DNA of 62,919 bases, filler included, from Octopus bimaculoides (taxonomy: Eukaryota), in NCBI RefSeq assembly GCF_001194135.2. It is 5 parts of 5 records of this genome, joined end to end, with 100 filler letters (N's around TTAATTAATTAA, not from the genome) between each part and the next. Parts side by side here need not be neighbours in the genome. Positions count along the whole stretch, not along the records: positions 1 to 14,186 come from NC_068983.1; positions 14,287 to 20,730 come from NC_069002.1; positions 20,831 to 35,460 come from NC_068995.1; 2 more parts are not named here. One strand, given 5' to 3'. Positions within the stretch are counted from its first letter, which is position 1; every line of letters begins with the position of its first letter. The notes beneath the pieces are model-generated. The model had not been told where the DNA came from and did no database searches. It saw only the letters and a list, made by a program, of their open reading frames with translations. Both the position numbers and the translations under genes were made by a program. Shown piece by piece: positions 10,965-23,338 of the stretch.

Positions 10965-11162
10965 AAGGCGATGAACTGGCAGAATCGTTAGCACGCCGGA
11001 CAAAATGCTCAGCGGCATTTCGTCCGTATTTACGTTCTGAGTTCAAATTTCGCTGAGGTCGACTTTACTTTTCCCCCTTACAGGGTCGATAAAACAAGTA
11101 CCAGTTGAGCACTGAGGTCGATGTCATCGAACTTACTGGCCTTGTGTCGAAATTTGAAACCT
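10965..11162 (+). mobile_element. SINE family E (tRNA-like head + gaggtcgactttgcctttcatcctttcggggtcgataaa domain)
   Basis: Matches copies at 38130, 42995, 56146 and 57810. Confidence 0.88.
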
Positions 11163-11372
11163 ACATTTATATATCACACGAAACAGACGACTACTTTTGT
11201 TTATATTAAAACAATTGTTACAAGAGGTGTGGTAAAATATTTGAAACTTGAACTCTCGGTTCATACGCAATTCTTTTTAATTTTTTCTATTTTCGGGCCA
11301 TGAGTCATGTACCTTGGCCTTTCAATGAGTTTGTTTTGCATTTGCAATGTGTTTGGTTTTGTATTTGTTTTG

Positions 11373-11795
11373 TATCTTTTATCGTTTACTAGTTTCAGTC
11401 GTTTGACAGCGGCCATGCTGGGGCACCGCTCTGAAGAGCTTTAGTCGACCAAATCGGCCCCCGAGATTTACTTTATATCGGTCTCTTTTGCCGAACCTCT
11501 AGTTACGGGGACGTAAACACACCAACATCGGTTGTCAAGCGGTGGTGTGGGACAAACATAGACAGACATCCCCCATACACACGCACGTACACACACACAC
11601 ATACACACACACACACACACACGTGCGCGCGCGCGACGAACTTCTTTCATTTTCCGTCTACCAACTCCACTCACAAGGCTTTGGCCCGCTTGACGCTGTA
11701 GTAGAAGACACTAGCCCAAAGTGCCACTCAGTGGGATTGAACCTGGAACCATGTGGTTAAGAAGCAAGCTTCTTATTATACAGCCACGCCTGCGC
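11373..11795 (-). mobile_element. SINE family D, full length
   Basis: Reverse complement of the family D consensus, with internal (CA)n. Confidence 0.9.
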
Positions 11796-12091
11796 ATCGA
11801 AACGAAAGTTTTTATTTTACTTTTTCTGTTGATATGAAATCAACTAATCAATATTGTTTTATCACACTCTTCCATGGCTCATAAATCAACTGTGTTCACC
11901 TATGAAGACACTGATAAAAAGCAACAACAGACTAAAGTTTCAGCAGACCACTCGTTTCTAGGACACCATTCACGCTGACATTGTAGCCAATCTTAGTCTT
12001 CATGAAATACTACTTCACAGTGGACACCCTCACTAAATTGCATCTTGACAAATTTTGATACAAGGACTACTGTTTGACTTGTTTACAACAC

Positions 12092-12161
<70 letters not shown>

Positions 12162-12206
12162 ATTATCAACAATGAAACTACTATTAACGATGAACCTGCC
12201 GTTATA

Positions 12207-12334
12207 CAGGGTGTCCACAAAGTTTGAGTACATGGGGATTAACACATACTTTAAGAAATTATTATTTCTTTATATTTAATTGTTTATGTTATGATTTTAT
12301 TTACTCCATGTACCCAGACCTTGTGGACACCCTG
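12207..12334. mobile_element. Tc1/mariner-derived MITE (128 bp)
   Basis: 29-bp TIRs cagggtgtccacaaagtttgagtacatgg / ccatgtacccagaccttgtggacaccctg, flanked by TA on both sides. Confidence 0.9.
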
Positions 12335-12351
12335 TATAACAAAGAAGTGTA

Positions 12352-12550
12352 TAAGGCGACGAAGTGACAGACTCGTTAGCACGTTGGACAACAATGCTTA
12401 GGAGTACTTCTTCCGATTTTAGTTTTGAGTTCAAATACCGCCTTGGTCGACATTGTCTTTTATCCTTTCGGGGGTCGATAAAATATAAACATCAGTTGAG
12501 CGCGGGTGAATTGATGTAATCGATAGGATTCCACCACCAATTTTTAGGCT
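12352..12550 (+). mobile_element. SINE family E, diverged
   Basis: gagttcaaataccgccttggtcgacattgtcttttatcctttcggggtcgataaa. Confidence 0.8.
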
Positions 12551-12671
12551 TTATGTCTATATATATAAAACAAAACAAAGTAGAGTAGCCTCTCTTGTAA
12601 GTTTTGAGGTTATTGCCGGCTTGTACACAGCACAATATACGTTTCATTACATGGTGAATATAATATTTTGA

Positions 12672-13275
12672 TATAGGCGCAGGTATTGCCGTGTGGGTGA
12701 CAAGCTTACTTTCCAACTATGTGGTCTTGTGTTCAGCCCTCCTGCGCGGCACCTTGGGCAAGTGTTTTTTTTTATTTTTTAAATAATCCGAATAAAGCCT
12801 TGTGAGTGGATTTCATAGACGGAAACTGAAAGAAATGCGTTGTGTGTATGTGTGTTTTAGTAATGTTTATCGTCGTGGGTGTTTTATAAGAACATGCAAT
12901 ACTGCTGGTTTAATCCCAGGCGGGCGCTTCCTCCAGTTGGTTATTCAGTGCGCTTCACACTCGATATATATTGCAAGCGGGGAGAGAACTCCCTAGTATT
13001 CTAGCTCCGAGACCACCAGATCACGTGATTTGAACCTCATTTTGGTCATCTTCAGTGAATAACCAGGTGGAAGTGTGTGTGTGTCTTTGAGTTTGTGTGT
13101 ATCTATCACCACTTGACAACCGGTGTTGGTTTGCTTACGTCCCCATAACATAATTGTTCGGGAAAAGAGTTCGATAGAATAAGAAGCTGGGGTTAATTTT
13201 TTTTGACTAACTCTTCAAGGCACTGCCCCAGCATAGTCGCAGTCCAATGACTGAAACCGTTGGAAAATAAAAGAT
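12672..13275 (+). mobile_element. SINE family D with an unrelated insert of about 210 bp in its internal microsatellite
   Basis: Head at 12672-12855, tail at 13073-13275. Confidence 0.8.
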
Positions 13276-13892
13276 ATCCCAGAAAAGACTTATTTCTTAT
13301 TGCTTTATGAACGTATTTCGTAATTTTTTTCTTCACTATAACATCTACACATACTAATTCTGCAAACATATTTTCGTAAACTAAAATGTTTAACACACTT
13401 AATTCTATTCTACTTTGCCTTCAAATTTCAACGAGGAGTCCCCTGCATAATTATTTGCTATGCTACAAATAGCAGCCAAATCCCCTTCTTCCTTATCACA
13501 CTCTTACTACCTTTAAAAAAATATAGGACACATTAGATAGTGTAATCTTAGGTAAATCGCTTGGAGGGAAAGGCAGAATAAGAGGTAGCGAGTGTGGTAT
13601 ACATTTCGTCATAAGTGTACTTAATCATAAGTGTACTTGGGGTTAAATTACTTATAGCAATCTATATTAAGGGGTGGACAGATAAGGTTTGGGTGAAGAG
13701 AAGTCTAAGGTTATTTACAGAAAAGAGGATTATTTCCTAATGTCAAGAGGTATTATCGCAGTCGTTGATACTCATAGCAAGCACATAATGTTAACACAAA
13801 CACTCGTGGAGCTTGAGGTCGAAATTGATTTTAAGTAATTCACACGCGCGTGCGCACACACATACAAAACGTGTATGTATTATTGTATGTAT

Positions 13893-13932
<40 letters not shown>

Positions 13933-14020
13933 GCACACATACATATATACATGTATGTATGTATGTATGTATGTATGTATGTATGTATGTATGTATGTAT
14001 GTATGTATGTATGTATGTAT

Positions 14021-14182
14021 ATAGTTCAAATTTATAGAAAAACAAAAGACGAAGACAGATATGAGAGCAACAAGCAAGCGTATTAGTTTGACGCTCGGAA
14101 AAATGGAAAATTCTATTACATTTCGAGTCAACGCTCTCCGACAGAAACCTAAGAGGAAATAAACGGAGAGAGAAGGATATAT
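14021..14182 (-). mobile_element. Penelope-like element terminal fragment with a decayed hammerhead motif
   Basis: Similar to 52439, 60657 and 62701; minus strand ttt-ctgtcgg-a-gagcgttgactc-gaaa-tgta. Confidence 0.6.
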
Positions 14183-14286
14183 ATATNNNNNNNNNNNNNN
14201 NNNNNNNNNNNNNNNNNNNNNNNNNNNNNNTTAATTAATTAANNNNNNNNNNNNNNNNNNNNNNNNNNNNNNNNNNNNNNNNNNNN

Positions 14287-14343
<57 letters not shown>

Positions 14344-14352
14344 ATGTGTATG

Positions 14353-14385
<33 letters not shown>

Positions 14386-14411
14386 TGACATGTTTTTCAT
14401 ACTTACATGCA

Positions 14412-14930
14412 TGTGGTTTAGTGGTTAGGGTGATCTGTTCTCATTCGTAAGAAAGTGAGTTCAATTCACAGCAGTGCACTGTGTCCTTCAGCAAGATACT
14501 TTATTTGATGTAGCTGCAGTCTACTCAACAGGTAAAAATGAGTGGCACCTGTAATTCGAAAAGGAAACCTTGTCATATTCTGTGTCATACTGAATCTACC
14601 TATGAATTACGTTAAGGGCATGTTGTGGAAGGATTCCGACCACCCCCCATGTGGACTGACACTTTGGTATAAAATGAAGAACTGTTAGGAGACCAGTGGA
14701 AGCAGCTCAGGTTGAGAATGTTGAGTTTCATGTAATAGTAATTGTGTTGCATCGTGTAAATACATTCTTTCCCTGACTCCTGCATCGTTAAATCATATAT
14801 CAAACAGCAGGATATAAAAGGGTACGTGTGTCTGTGGAGTACTCAGCCACATGTGCATTGATTTCATGAGCAGGCTGTTCCATTGTTTGGGTCAAATGGA
14901 ACCCTCATCATTGTAACCGACAGAGACCCT
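14412..14930 (+). mobile_element. SINE family B, CpG-decayed, split by an insertion of about 200 bp
   Basis: The 5' part ends ..tacgttaaggg (~14618) and the element resumes at aagggtacgtgtgtctgtggag (~14818). Confidence 0.8.
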
Positions 14931-14937
14931 GTCCATG

Positions 14938-15017
<80 letters not shown>

Positions 15018-15097
15018 NNNNNNNNNNTATATTATTTAAAAGAGTTCCAACTCTGTCTGTTTTTTATGTTTTATTTATATTCTTATAAAATTAATGT

Positions 15098-15147
<50 letters not shown>

Positions 15148-15874
15148 CACATCCATCTGTTCATCACTCTGTACATACATATATGCATACATAGTGTATA
15201 CACATGCACATGCGCACACATATATATATACATGTGTAACATATATACATTTGTACATGCATAGACCATACATACACACATAAATGCATACATAAATGCA
15301 TGCATACATACATACATACATACATACATACATACATGCGTAAATATGATTAATGATTCTCATATTTCTTGAAATTTGAAGAATCCTCTTAAAAGTGGGG
15401 AAACTGTACACTTGTTAAATACTGAAAAACAAAACAACCACCTACTTCAGAAATACAATAAACAAGGAACAATGTTTATATATTTGTTGTCCTTGGAACT
15501 TGTATTCTCTGCAAAGACAATTCCTCTCTGGAGAGAAACCACAGCAAAAATCTTTCCAAGCTTAAATGTACACAAACATATTAAACATAAATGCGCATAT
15601 ATATATATATANNNNNNNNNNNNNNNNNNNNNNNNNNNNNNNNNNNNNNNNNNNNNNNNNNNNNNNNNNNNNNNNNNNNNNNNNNNNNNNNNNNNNNNNN
15701 NAAACATACACAAAGAGAAAACCACCAAGTGGATTTCTTACATGCTAAAAATGGCAGCCAAAGCCTAAAACCATGAAAGAATATTCATACATTAAAGCAC
15801 GTTGCTCTGTAAAAGAGTGACCCTGCAATGGAATGGTGTTCCATTCAAGGGGGACAATGTGATCACAGTCACTT

Positions 15875-15884
<10 letters not shown>

Positions 15885-15907
<23 letters not shown>

Positions 15908-16390
15908 TAAATAATCTGTTTTCCTTGCTGGCATGGATTAGATGGTTTGGCTGGAGCTGGTAAGTTGGAAAGTTGCACCAGGCTCCAGTCATCTGTTTTG
16001 GCTTGGTCTCTATGGTCTGATGCCCTTCCTAATGCCAGTCACATTACAGAGTGTACTGGGTGTGTCTTACATGTCATTAGGATGGGTGCTCTTTCAGGTG
16101 TCACCAGTGCAGATACCTTTTGTGATGCCCTTTCAAGTGTCACTATTGTAGGTGCCTTTTAAGTGTTACCGGCACAGGTGCCCTTTACATGTCACTGGCA
16201 TGGGTGCACTTTGAGGTGTCACCAGAGAAGGTGCCCTTTGTGTGTCGCCGCATGAGTGTCTTTCCCATGATACTAGCGAGGGTGCCCTTTCAAGTGTTAC
16301 CGTTGTCGGTACCTTTTATGTATCATCAGCGCAGGTGCCTCTTACATGTCACTGGCACAGGTGCCTTTTACATGTCACCAGCACTGACAA
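15885..16390 (-). mobile_element. RTE-type 3' tail SINE/LINE end with (GAT)n tail and an internal ~25-bp VNTR
   Basis: (catcat)n followed by ttttccttgctggcatgg..gatgcccttcctaatgcca (RTE/Expander-type tail motif) and about 13 copies of ggtgccttttacatgtcaccggcac at 16050-16385. Confidence 0.65.
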
Positions 16391-16479
16391 CAAAGATTTC
16401 ACTTGACTTCACAAGCACAGCAAATTGTCTAAAGTCTGTCACTTGTCATTGCCTCTATCAGACTCAAACAACCAAAAAT

Positions 16480-16742
16480 AATCTCAACAAATAAAGATCA
16501 TCCCAACAACCAAAGATCATCTCATCAGCCAAAGACCATCTCAACAACCAGAGATTATCTCAACTAAGATCATCTCAGCAACCATAGTTTATTCCAACAN
16601 NNNNNNNNNCCATCTCAACAACCAGAGATTATCTCAACTAAGATCATCTCAGCAACCATAGTTTATTCCAACAACCAAAGATCATCTCAACAACCAGAGA
16701 TTATCTCAACAAACAAAGATCATCTCAACAACCAAAGATAAT
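16480..16742. repeat. ~19-bp minisatellite (gatcatctcaacaaccaaa)n with a small gap
   Basis: About 12 variant units visible. Confidence 0.85.
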
Positions 16743-16880
16743 ATGGCATGGAAACTGGGTCTGTGAGATCTAGAACTCAAGACAATAATGTCCAGGGCTT
16801 CTTGAAGGGGATGATGAAGATGACGATGACAATGACGATGATGAACTGATTACTTACATCTAACTTGCTGATGATGTACA

Positions 16881-16920
<40 letters not shown>

Positions 16921-17033
16921 CGTGTGCACGCATGCGCAGGTGTGTTTGTATGTACAATATATCTATAATGAGTAATTGGACATCAAAGGAATATCAAATT
17001 AATCAAGTAAATACAAATTAATTGTTGCAAAGT

Positions 17034-17065
<32 letters not shown>

Positions 17066-17182
17066 GTGCTTGATGACAAAAACAATAAAAACGATAATGG
17101 CTTCTGCTTTTGGTAGAAGGTCAAAAAGTTTAGCGAATGGGTATGTTAATTGCCAACACCACCCACCTCCACCGGCGTTCTC

Positions 17183-17290
17183 AACCCTGAAAGAATGAAA
17201 GGCAATACTAACCACGGCAGCATTTGAACTCAGAATGTAAAGAGCCAGAAGGAATGCTGTTAAATATCTTGTGCAAGATGCTTATCATTT
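17183..17290 (-). mobile_element. SINE family E fragment
   Basis: caaccctgaaagaatgaaaggc..tttgaactcagaatgtaaag. Confidence 0.7.
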
Positions 17291-18039
17291 TGTCAACTTC
17301 CTACATCTTCATCATTAATTTACTTCTTGTTTCTCTAAGAACAGACAAACTTCCTGTTGACAAAGAGTTCAGAACTCCAACTAAAGAGTATAAAACCCAC
17401 AGAATTGTCTTCCCTTACACACACTTCCTGTTTTGACACCACACTTCCTGTTTAACATAAACTCTCAGCCTTTTTTAAGCACAACATGATTCTTAATTCT
17501 TTCCATCCTAATCTATCTAACAATTATCTACATGGATTACCATTGAACCTTAAAAACTCAAAGACAATATAATGTATTGGTATATTTATTTTTTTATATA
17601 TTTTTTATATTTTTGCAAAAAACATTATTTTCATTTTCCTTTTTCTTGAAAATTTGCCATGCAATGAAAGCCGGTTAGAAATCCTTTTTAATCCTCCTTA
17701 TGCACATCTATCTTAAATATGCTTTCAGTTTAGCATTCTGCCTTATTATTATTATTTTTTATTTTCCTATATATATATATATATATGTATGTATGCATGT
17801 GTATATGTTTGCAGACGACTAATACTTGCACCAAATCACATGTCAAGAGAGTGACAATTTAGCAAAAAAAAATAAATAAATAATTTAATCCAATAAAAGA
17901 AGACAACAGTCTTCACCTTCTACTAAACAATCCCCTATCGATGATGCCAACGTTACCATTTCAACAGCTGGTACCATTCTCAGTATCTAAGGTATGTATG
18001 TAGAAATGTCTGGTTGATAATATGTCTGCAAATAACACT

Positions 18040-18590
18040 TTCTTGTTCTTATTTCTCACCGATTCTTTATTCCCTTTGGTAAACATTCTTCTCTCTCTCT
18101 GCTATCTCTCTCTCAGCTCTCTCTCTTTATCTCCCTCTCTCATCCTCTCTCTTTCTCTCCCTCTCTCATCCTCTCTCTTTGTCTCCCTTTTCCTTTTCCC
18201 CTCTCTCTTTCCCCCTCTCTTTTCTCCTCTCACTTTTCTTACTCTCTTCCTCATTCTCCCTCTCTCTTTCTTCTCTTTCCTTCTCTCCCTTTTTCTCTCT
18301 TCCTTTCTTTATTTCCTTCTGTCTTTTTCTCACTCTCTTTCTCTCTCTCTGCTCTCTCTCTTTCTCTATCTCTCCTTCTCTCTCTCATTCACTCTTTCTC
18401 TCCTTTTCTCTTTTTATCTCTCTTTTCCCCTCTCTCACTTTTTCTTACTCTCTTCCTCCCTCTCTCTTACTCTCTTCCTCCCTCTCTCTTTCTTTCTCTC
18501 CCTTGCTCTCTCTATTTTTCCTGTGTCTTTTACTCCTTCCCTCTCTCTCCTCTCTCTCGCCTCCTCTCTCACTCTCTCTCTCTATCCCTT
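18040..18590. repeat. ~550-bp degenerate (CT)n polypyrimidine tract
   Basis: Direct reading; explains ORFs 18022 and 18179. Confidence 0.95.
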
Positions 18591-18591
18591 G

Positions 18592-18845
18592 TAGAAGCAG
18601 ATAGCTTAGTGGTTAGGGTATTGGACTCATGATCGTAAGATGCTAGTTTCAATTCCTGGACCAAGCAATGCATTGAGTTCTTGAGCAAAACACTTCATTT
18701 CACATTGCTCCATTCCATTCAACTGGCAAAAATGAGTAAACCTGTGAGGGACTGATATCCCATCCAGGTGGGAAATATATATAGGCCATGAAACCGGGAA
18801 ACTGGCCATTATGAGTCAGCATGACTCGAAGTTAACTTTACTTTG
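18592..18845 (+). mobile_element. SINE family C (B-type tRNA head + CORE, different L2-like tail ..catgaaaccgggaaactggcc..)
   Basis: The first ~150 bp is collinear with family B; the 3' part is unrelated to the A/B tail. Confidence 0.75.
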
Positions 18846-18904
18846 ACCTCTCTATCCCTCCCTCTCCCTCTCTCTCACTTCCTCTCTCTCTCTCTCTCTT
18901 GCTT

Positions 18905-19200
18905 CTTCTTTCAACTAAACATTTAACTACTAAGTGATAGGAACATAAACACACCAACTCCGGTTGTAAAGTGGTGGTTAGAGGACAAACACAGATACAA
19001 AGACACACACATAAAGCTATATACATATATATTTACGACAGGCTTCTTTCAGTTTCCGTCTGCCAAATCCACTCACAAGGCTTTGGTTGGCCCAAGGCTA
19101 TAGCAGAGAATATTTGCCTAAGGTGCCATGCAGTGGAACTGAACCTGGAATTAAGTGGCTGGGAAGCAAGCATCTTGTCACACAGCCACGCCTGCACCTA
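18905..19200 (-). mobile_element. SINE family D, tail degenerate
   Basis: ccactcacaaggctttggttggcccaaggctatagcagag..cagccacgcctgcaccta. Confidence 0.85.
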
Positions 19201-19558
19201 TACACCCACACACACAAATATATGCTTGCATGCACACGTACACAGCACCACAGACACATACATGCACACTAATACATAAATACATATACATAAATATATA
19301 CATATGTACACACTCACATTCCGCATGTATATATATACACACGTAAAAATTTATATGTACATACACACAAACAAAAACACACACATACACACACGCTTAT
19401 ATCCACTTCTATAAATATATATATATGCATACACGGACTCATATTTGTACACACACACACACACACACTCGTCTTTCAAGATATGATAGCTCAGATATCC
19501 CACAGCTCTCTCACCACAATACAGCACAACCTGACATTATCTCTTCATGCGATATCTT

Positions 19559-19595
<37 letters not shown>

Positions 19596-19967
19596 TAAGA
19601 ATAACGACAACAACAACAACAACAATATCTATTAATATTCCATGTCACACTTCCTATCTCAAATGTCAATTAATTGTGGAGAGTAGTTTTATTATTTTCG
19701 CTACAAATGTTGTTGTTGTTATTGATGTTGTTATTGATGTTCTTCCTGTTGTTGTTGTTTTCTTGTTGCTGTCATTGTTACAGCTGCTACCATCATTGTT
19801 GTTGCTGTTGTTGCTGTCATCACTGCTGTAAAATGCTGTGGTTGTTGTTGTTAGTGTCATTAAGTTTGTTAGATTCATGAAAATAACTGTCACATGTTTT
19901 GGCACAGCCCCCCCCCCCATAACTTTAAGCGAAATCGGGGTTAGGGGAGTACATAGACCCCAGTATT

Positions 19968-20370
19968 TGACTCTTTTACTTGTTTCAGTTATTTGACTGT
20001 GGCCATGCTGGAGCACCGCCTTTAGTCGAGGAAATCGATCCCAGGACTTATTCTTTGGAAGCCTAGTACTTATTCTATCGGTCTCTTTTGCCGAACCGCT
20101 AAGTGACAGGGACATAAACACACCAGCATCGGTTGTCAAGCGATGTTGGGGGGACAAACACAGACACACAAACACACAGATATATATACATATACATATA
20201 TATACGATGGGCTTCTTTCAGTTTCTGTCTACCAAAATCCACTCACAAGGCTTTGGTCGGCCCGAGGCTATAGTAGAAGACACTTGCCCAAGGTGCCACG
20301 CAGTGGGACTGAACCCAGAACCATGTGGTTGGAGAGCAAGCTACTTACCACACAGACATTCCTGCGCCTA
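19968..20370 (-). mobile_element. SINE family D, full length and low divergence
   Basis: Complete head, internal TA/CA repeat and tail. Confidence 0.92.
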
Positions 20371-20682
20371 CTGTTACTCTATCTTATCAACTCTGAAAGC
20401 AATTTGTCTGGGTGTGGTAATGGTTCTGCCTGCTGAACTCCTTAATAATGATATTGGTTTCAAACCTTGGCACACAGCCAGTAATTTCAGGGAAGGGATA
20501 AAAAGGGTAAAGAACCCCTTCGGTCATGAATGACCATGGGATTGCACTTAGAACAATACCCTCCAAGGACAGGGGTATGTGTTGTGCTCTTGAGCAAGAC
20601 ACTTCATTTCACATTCCTCCAGTTCACTCAGTTGTAGAAATGAGTTGTGACATGACTGGTGCCACATTATTTATGGGATGCC

Positions 20683-20730
<48 letters not shown>

Positions 20731-20830
20731 NNNNNNNNNNNNNNNNNNNNNNNNNNNNNNNNNNNNNNNNNNNNTTAATTAATTAANNNNNNNNNNNNNN
20801 NNNNNNNNNNNNNNNNNNNNNNNNNNNNNN

Positions 20831-20838
<8 letters not shown>

Positions 20839-20861
<23 letters not shown>

Positions 20862-20930
20862 GAGAGTGTACGAAAAAACAACAACAGACGAGGACGGGTG
20901 GTGTAAATAACAAAAGGATGTATTAGTATG
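20839..20930 (-). mobile_element. Penelope-like terminal fragment abutting (TA)n
   Basis: gggagagtgtacgaaaaaacaacaacagacgaggacgggtggtgtaaataacaaaaggatgtattagtatg; near-identical to 52439-52525. Confidence 0.6.
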
Positions 20931-21454
20931 TACATATATATTTATATATATATATATGCATATATATATATATATATATAGGTATATATATATATCTAAA
21001 TATATATATTAATATATACACATATTTATGTGTATGTATATATATGTGTGTGCGCGTGCGCATGTGTGTGTGCGTGTGTGTGTGTGCATGTGGGAAATAA
21101 TTATGAATTTGTAAACCTTATCTACAATATAACAATATGGAATGAATAGGCTTTAATCCAAAGCACAGCAGCTGATATTTGATGAGTGTCTCTCATAAAC
21201 GTATCATCATAGAAAACATAGAAATCCGATCCCGCAATCGCTGTGTATACGCACGTCATCAGATCGGTGGCTGTATGTGTATGGGTGTGTGTGTGTGTAA
21301 GCAAGATTGTAACGATTGACGGCTGCAGCCACTGTGACGAATGTTTTAATTTGTAGAGATATTAGAACCACTAGGTTCCCCCAAAATTGTATTGTCCTTT
21401 GAGTAAATAAACGCTTTAAGTACACGAATTCAACGGACCCTTGTGAGTTTCATG

Positions 21455-21503
21455 TCTCCCTCTCTCTCTCTATCTAGCTATCTATCCATCCATCCATTCA
21501 TCC

Positions 21504-21553
<50 letters not shown>

Positions 21554-21638
21554 ATATGTACCTATGTATCTACCCCCATATCCCTCTATTTCTATCTATA
21601 TATTCATCTATCCATCTATCTATTTATCTCTCTCCCTA

Positions 21639-21689
<51 letters not shown>

Positions 21690-21695
21690 TTATCA
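21455..21695. repeat. (TCTA)n [GATA/Bkm-type] microsatellite
   Basis: Direct reading. Confidence 0.95.
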
Positions 21696-22269
21696 CTTTG
21701 TCTACCAAGATCCCTATCTATAGTTCTATATATTTATCTACCTATCATCAGGTATGGTTAATAAAATTAAACAATAGGGTAAAAAATTGGATATTAATCA
21801 ATATCAATTTAATACCAGGTAACTAGCACATTAAAAGAATCAGGGAGATTCAGAAAAATATCTGAGATCTCAAGGATCTCAAGAATTTATATGTCTATAG
21901 TATATGTATGCTTATACTATCAACGTATATATATGCAAGTTTAATGTTGATTGCCGGACGAAAGCCTGCTCATTATTACAATAGAACTTGATATTTTCTT
22001 TTCGACTAGGCTCATATATTTTGCTGCTGAGATTTTCCCACATTACGTGTAAATGTTTTCTCTAAGGACACACAAGATTCACTGAATTAAGCAGAGACAG
22101 ACTCGACCAAAATATCTGAGTGTATGTGTGTTCTATTTGTGTTTGTGACGACTAAACATATAATAGTAATAAATAATAACAAAGACATGAAGAATACATT
22201 AATGAAAATAACAACGACGAACACAACAACAACAATAATAATAAGGGTAACACTCGTTTGTATTATAGA

Positions 22270-22448
22270 CATGGGACCCGAAACTTTTGGGGATGGGGGT
22301 CTATATTGATCATAGTGCCCAACTGATACTTATTGTATCGACCCTGGTAGGATAAACGACACAGCCACTTCGGACAAATTTGAACACAGAACCGAGGCAG
22401 CCACAAAAGCATTGCTCCCACGCGTTTCGTCTCGCAAGCAAGCTCGCT

Positions 22449-22479
<31 letters not shown>

Positions 22480-22685
22480 CAATAGTAATAAATTCCTTCT
22501 GCTAAAGGCAAAAATCCAGCAATATTGAGGGGAAGGGTTGAAGCTGAAACCGCGGACCTCCTGTACTTGATTTCTACTTTATTTTATCGACCCCTGAGGC
22601 AACAAAAGCCAAGTTGATCTTCTGAGGATTTGTATGCAGGATTTGCATAAACAGCCAGAAGAAATAATCTAAAGCATCCAGTCTA
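22270..22685 (-). mobile_element. Two degenerate SINE family E copies separated by (AAT)n
   Basis: tatcgaccctgg..aaatttgaacacagaac and tttattttatcgacccctgagg..aagttgatct. Confidence 0.55.
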
Positions 22686-22731
22686 ACATTTCAGGATTAT
22701 AATAATGGTGATGCTGCTGATAATAATAATA

Positions 22732-22808
<77 letters not shown>

Positions 22809-22809
<1 letters not shown>

Positions 22810-23260
22810 GTGTTTAAAACGAAACATGCCTGGTAATTAATAAACGTGACAGTGTTGGAGTGAGCAGAATAGAAAAAAAAAAACATACTTAATAAATGAC
22901 ATAGCATGTCCCGGTGACAACAGGATTGAAGAGAAAGAAAAAAAGAAAGTGAACAGTTATGATGAACTGAAGATGGAAATATGCAGGTTGTGAACAATGA
23001 AAAAAAAAGGAAAGTGGACATGATACGAATAGTGATTGGCACGTTTGGAAGTGTCGGTGTCCAAATACCAACGCGACTCAAAAAGATTGGTACAAATGTT
23101 GAGATAGGGCACCTAGAAAATTCATTTTAGCTTCGAACTCCAAGAATAATCCGCAGGTTTCTTCAAGCATGATCGGTAAAGAAAAATCTCAGTCTGCTGG
23201 CTGTAAGCAGTTGACACTTTCCATCATACCCAGCAAAATAAAGCTGAGATTTTTCATGAT
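22809..23260 (+). mobile_element. RLE-type (Dong-like) retrotransposon 3' fragment between (TAA)n and (TAC)n
   Basis: LINDIACPGDNRIEEKEKKKVNSYDELKMEICRL..IVIG..LKKIG..HL. Confidence 0.85.
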
Positions 23261-23261
23261 A

Positions 23262-23310
<49 letters not shown>

Positions 23311-23338
23311 GATGATGATGAGGATAATGATGATGATG

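Noticed and set aside
16050-16742. CRISPR-like array
   Set aside because: The units are contiguous tandem repeats without unique spacers, there are no cas genes, and the context is eukaryotic.
17018-17215. ORF/exon VENAGGGGWCW.. with acceptor ttctttcag
   Set aside because: The acceptor lies in a SINE family E fragment, and the His run is a (GAT)n microsatellite.
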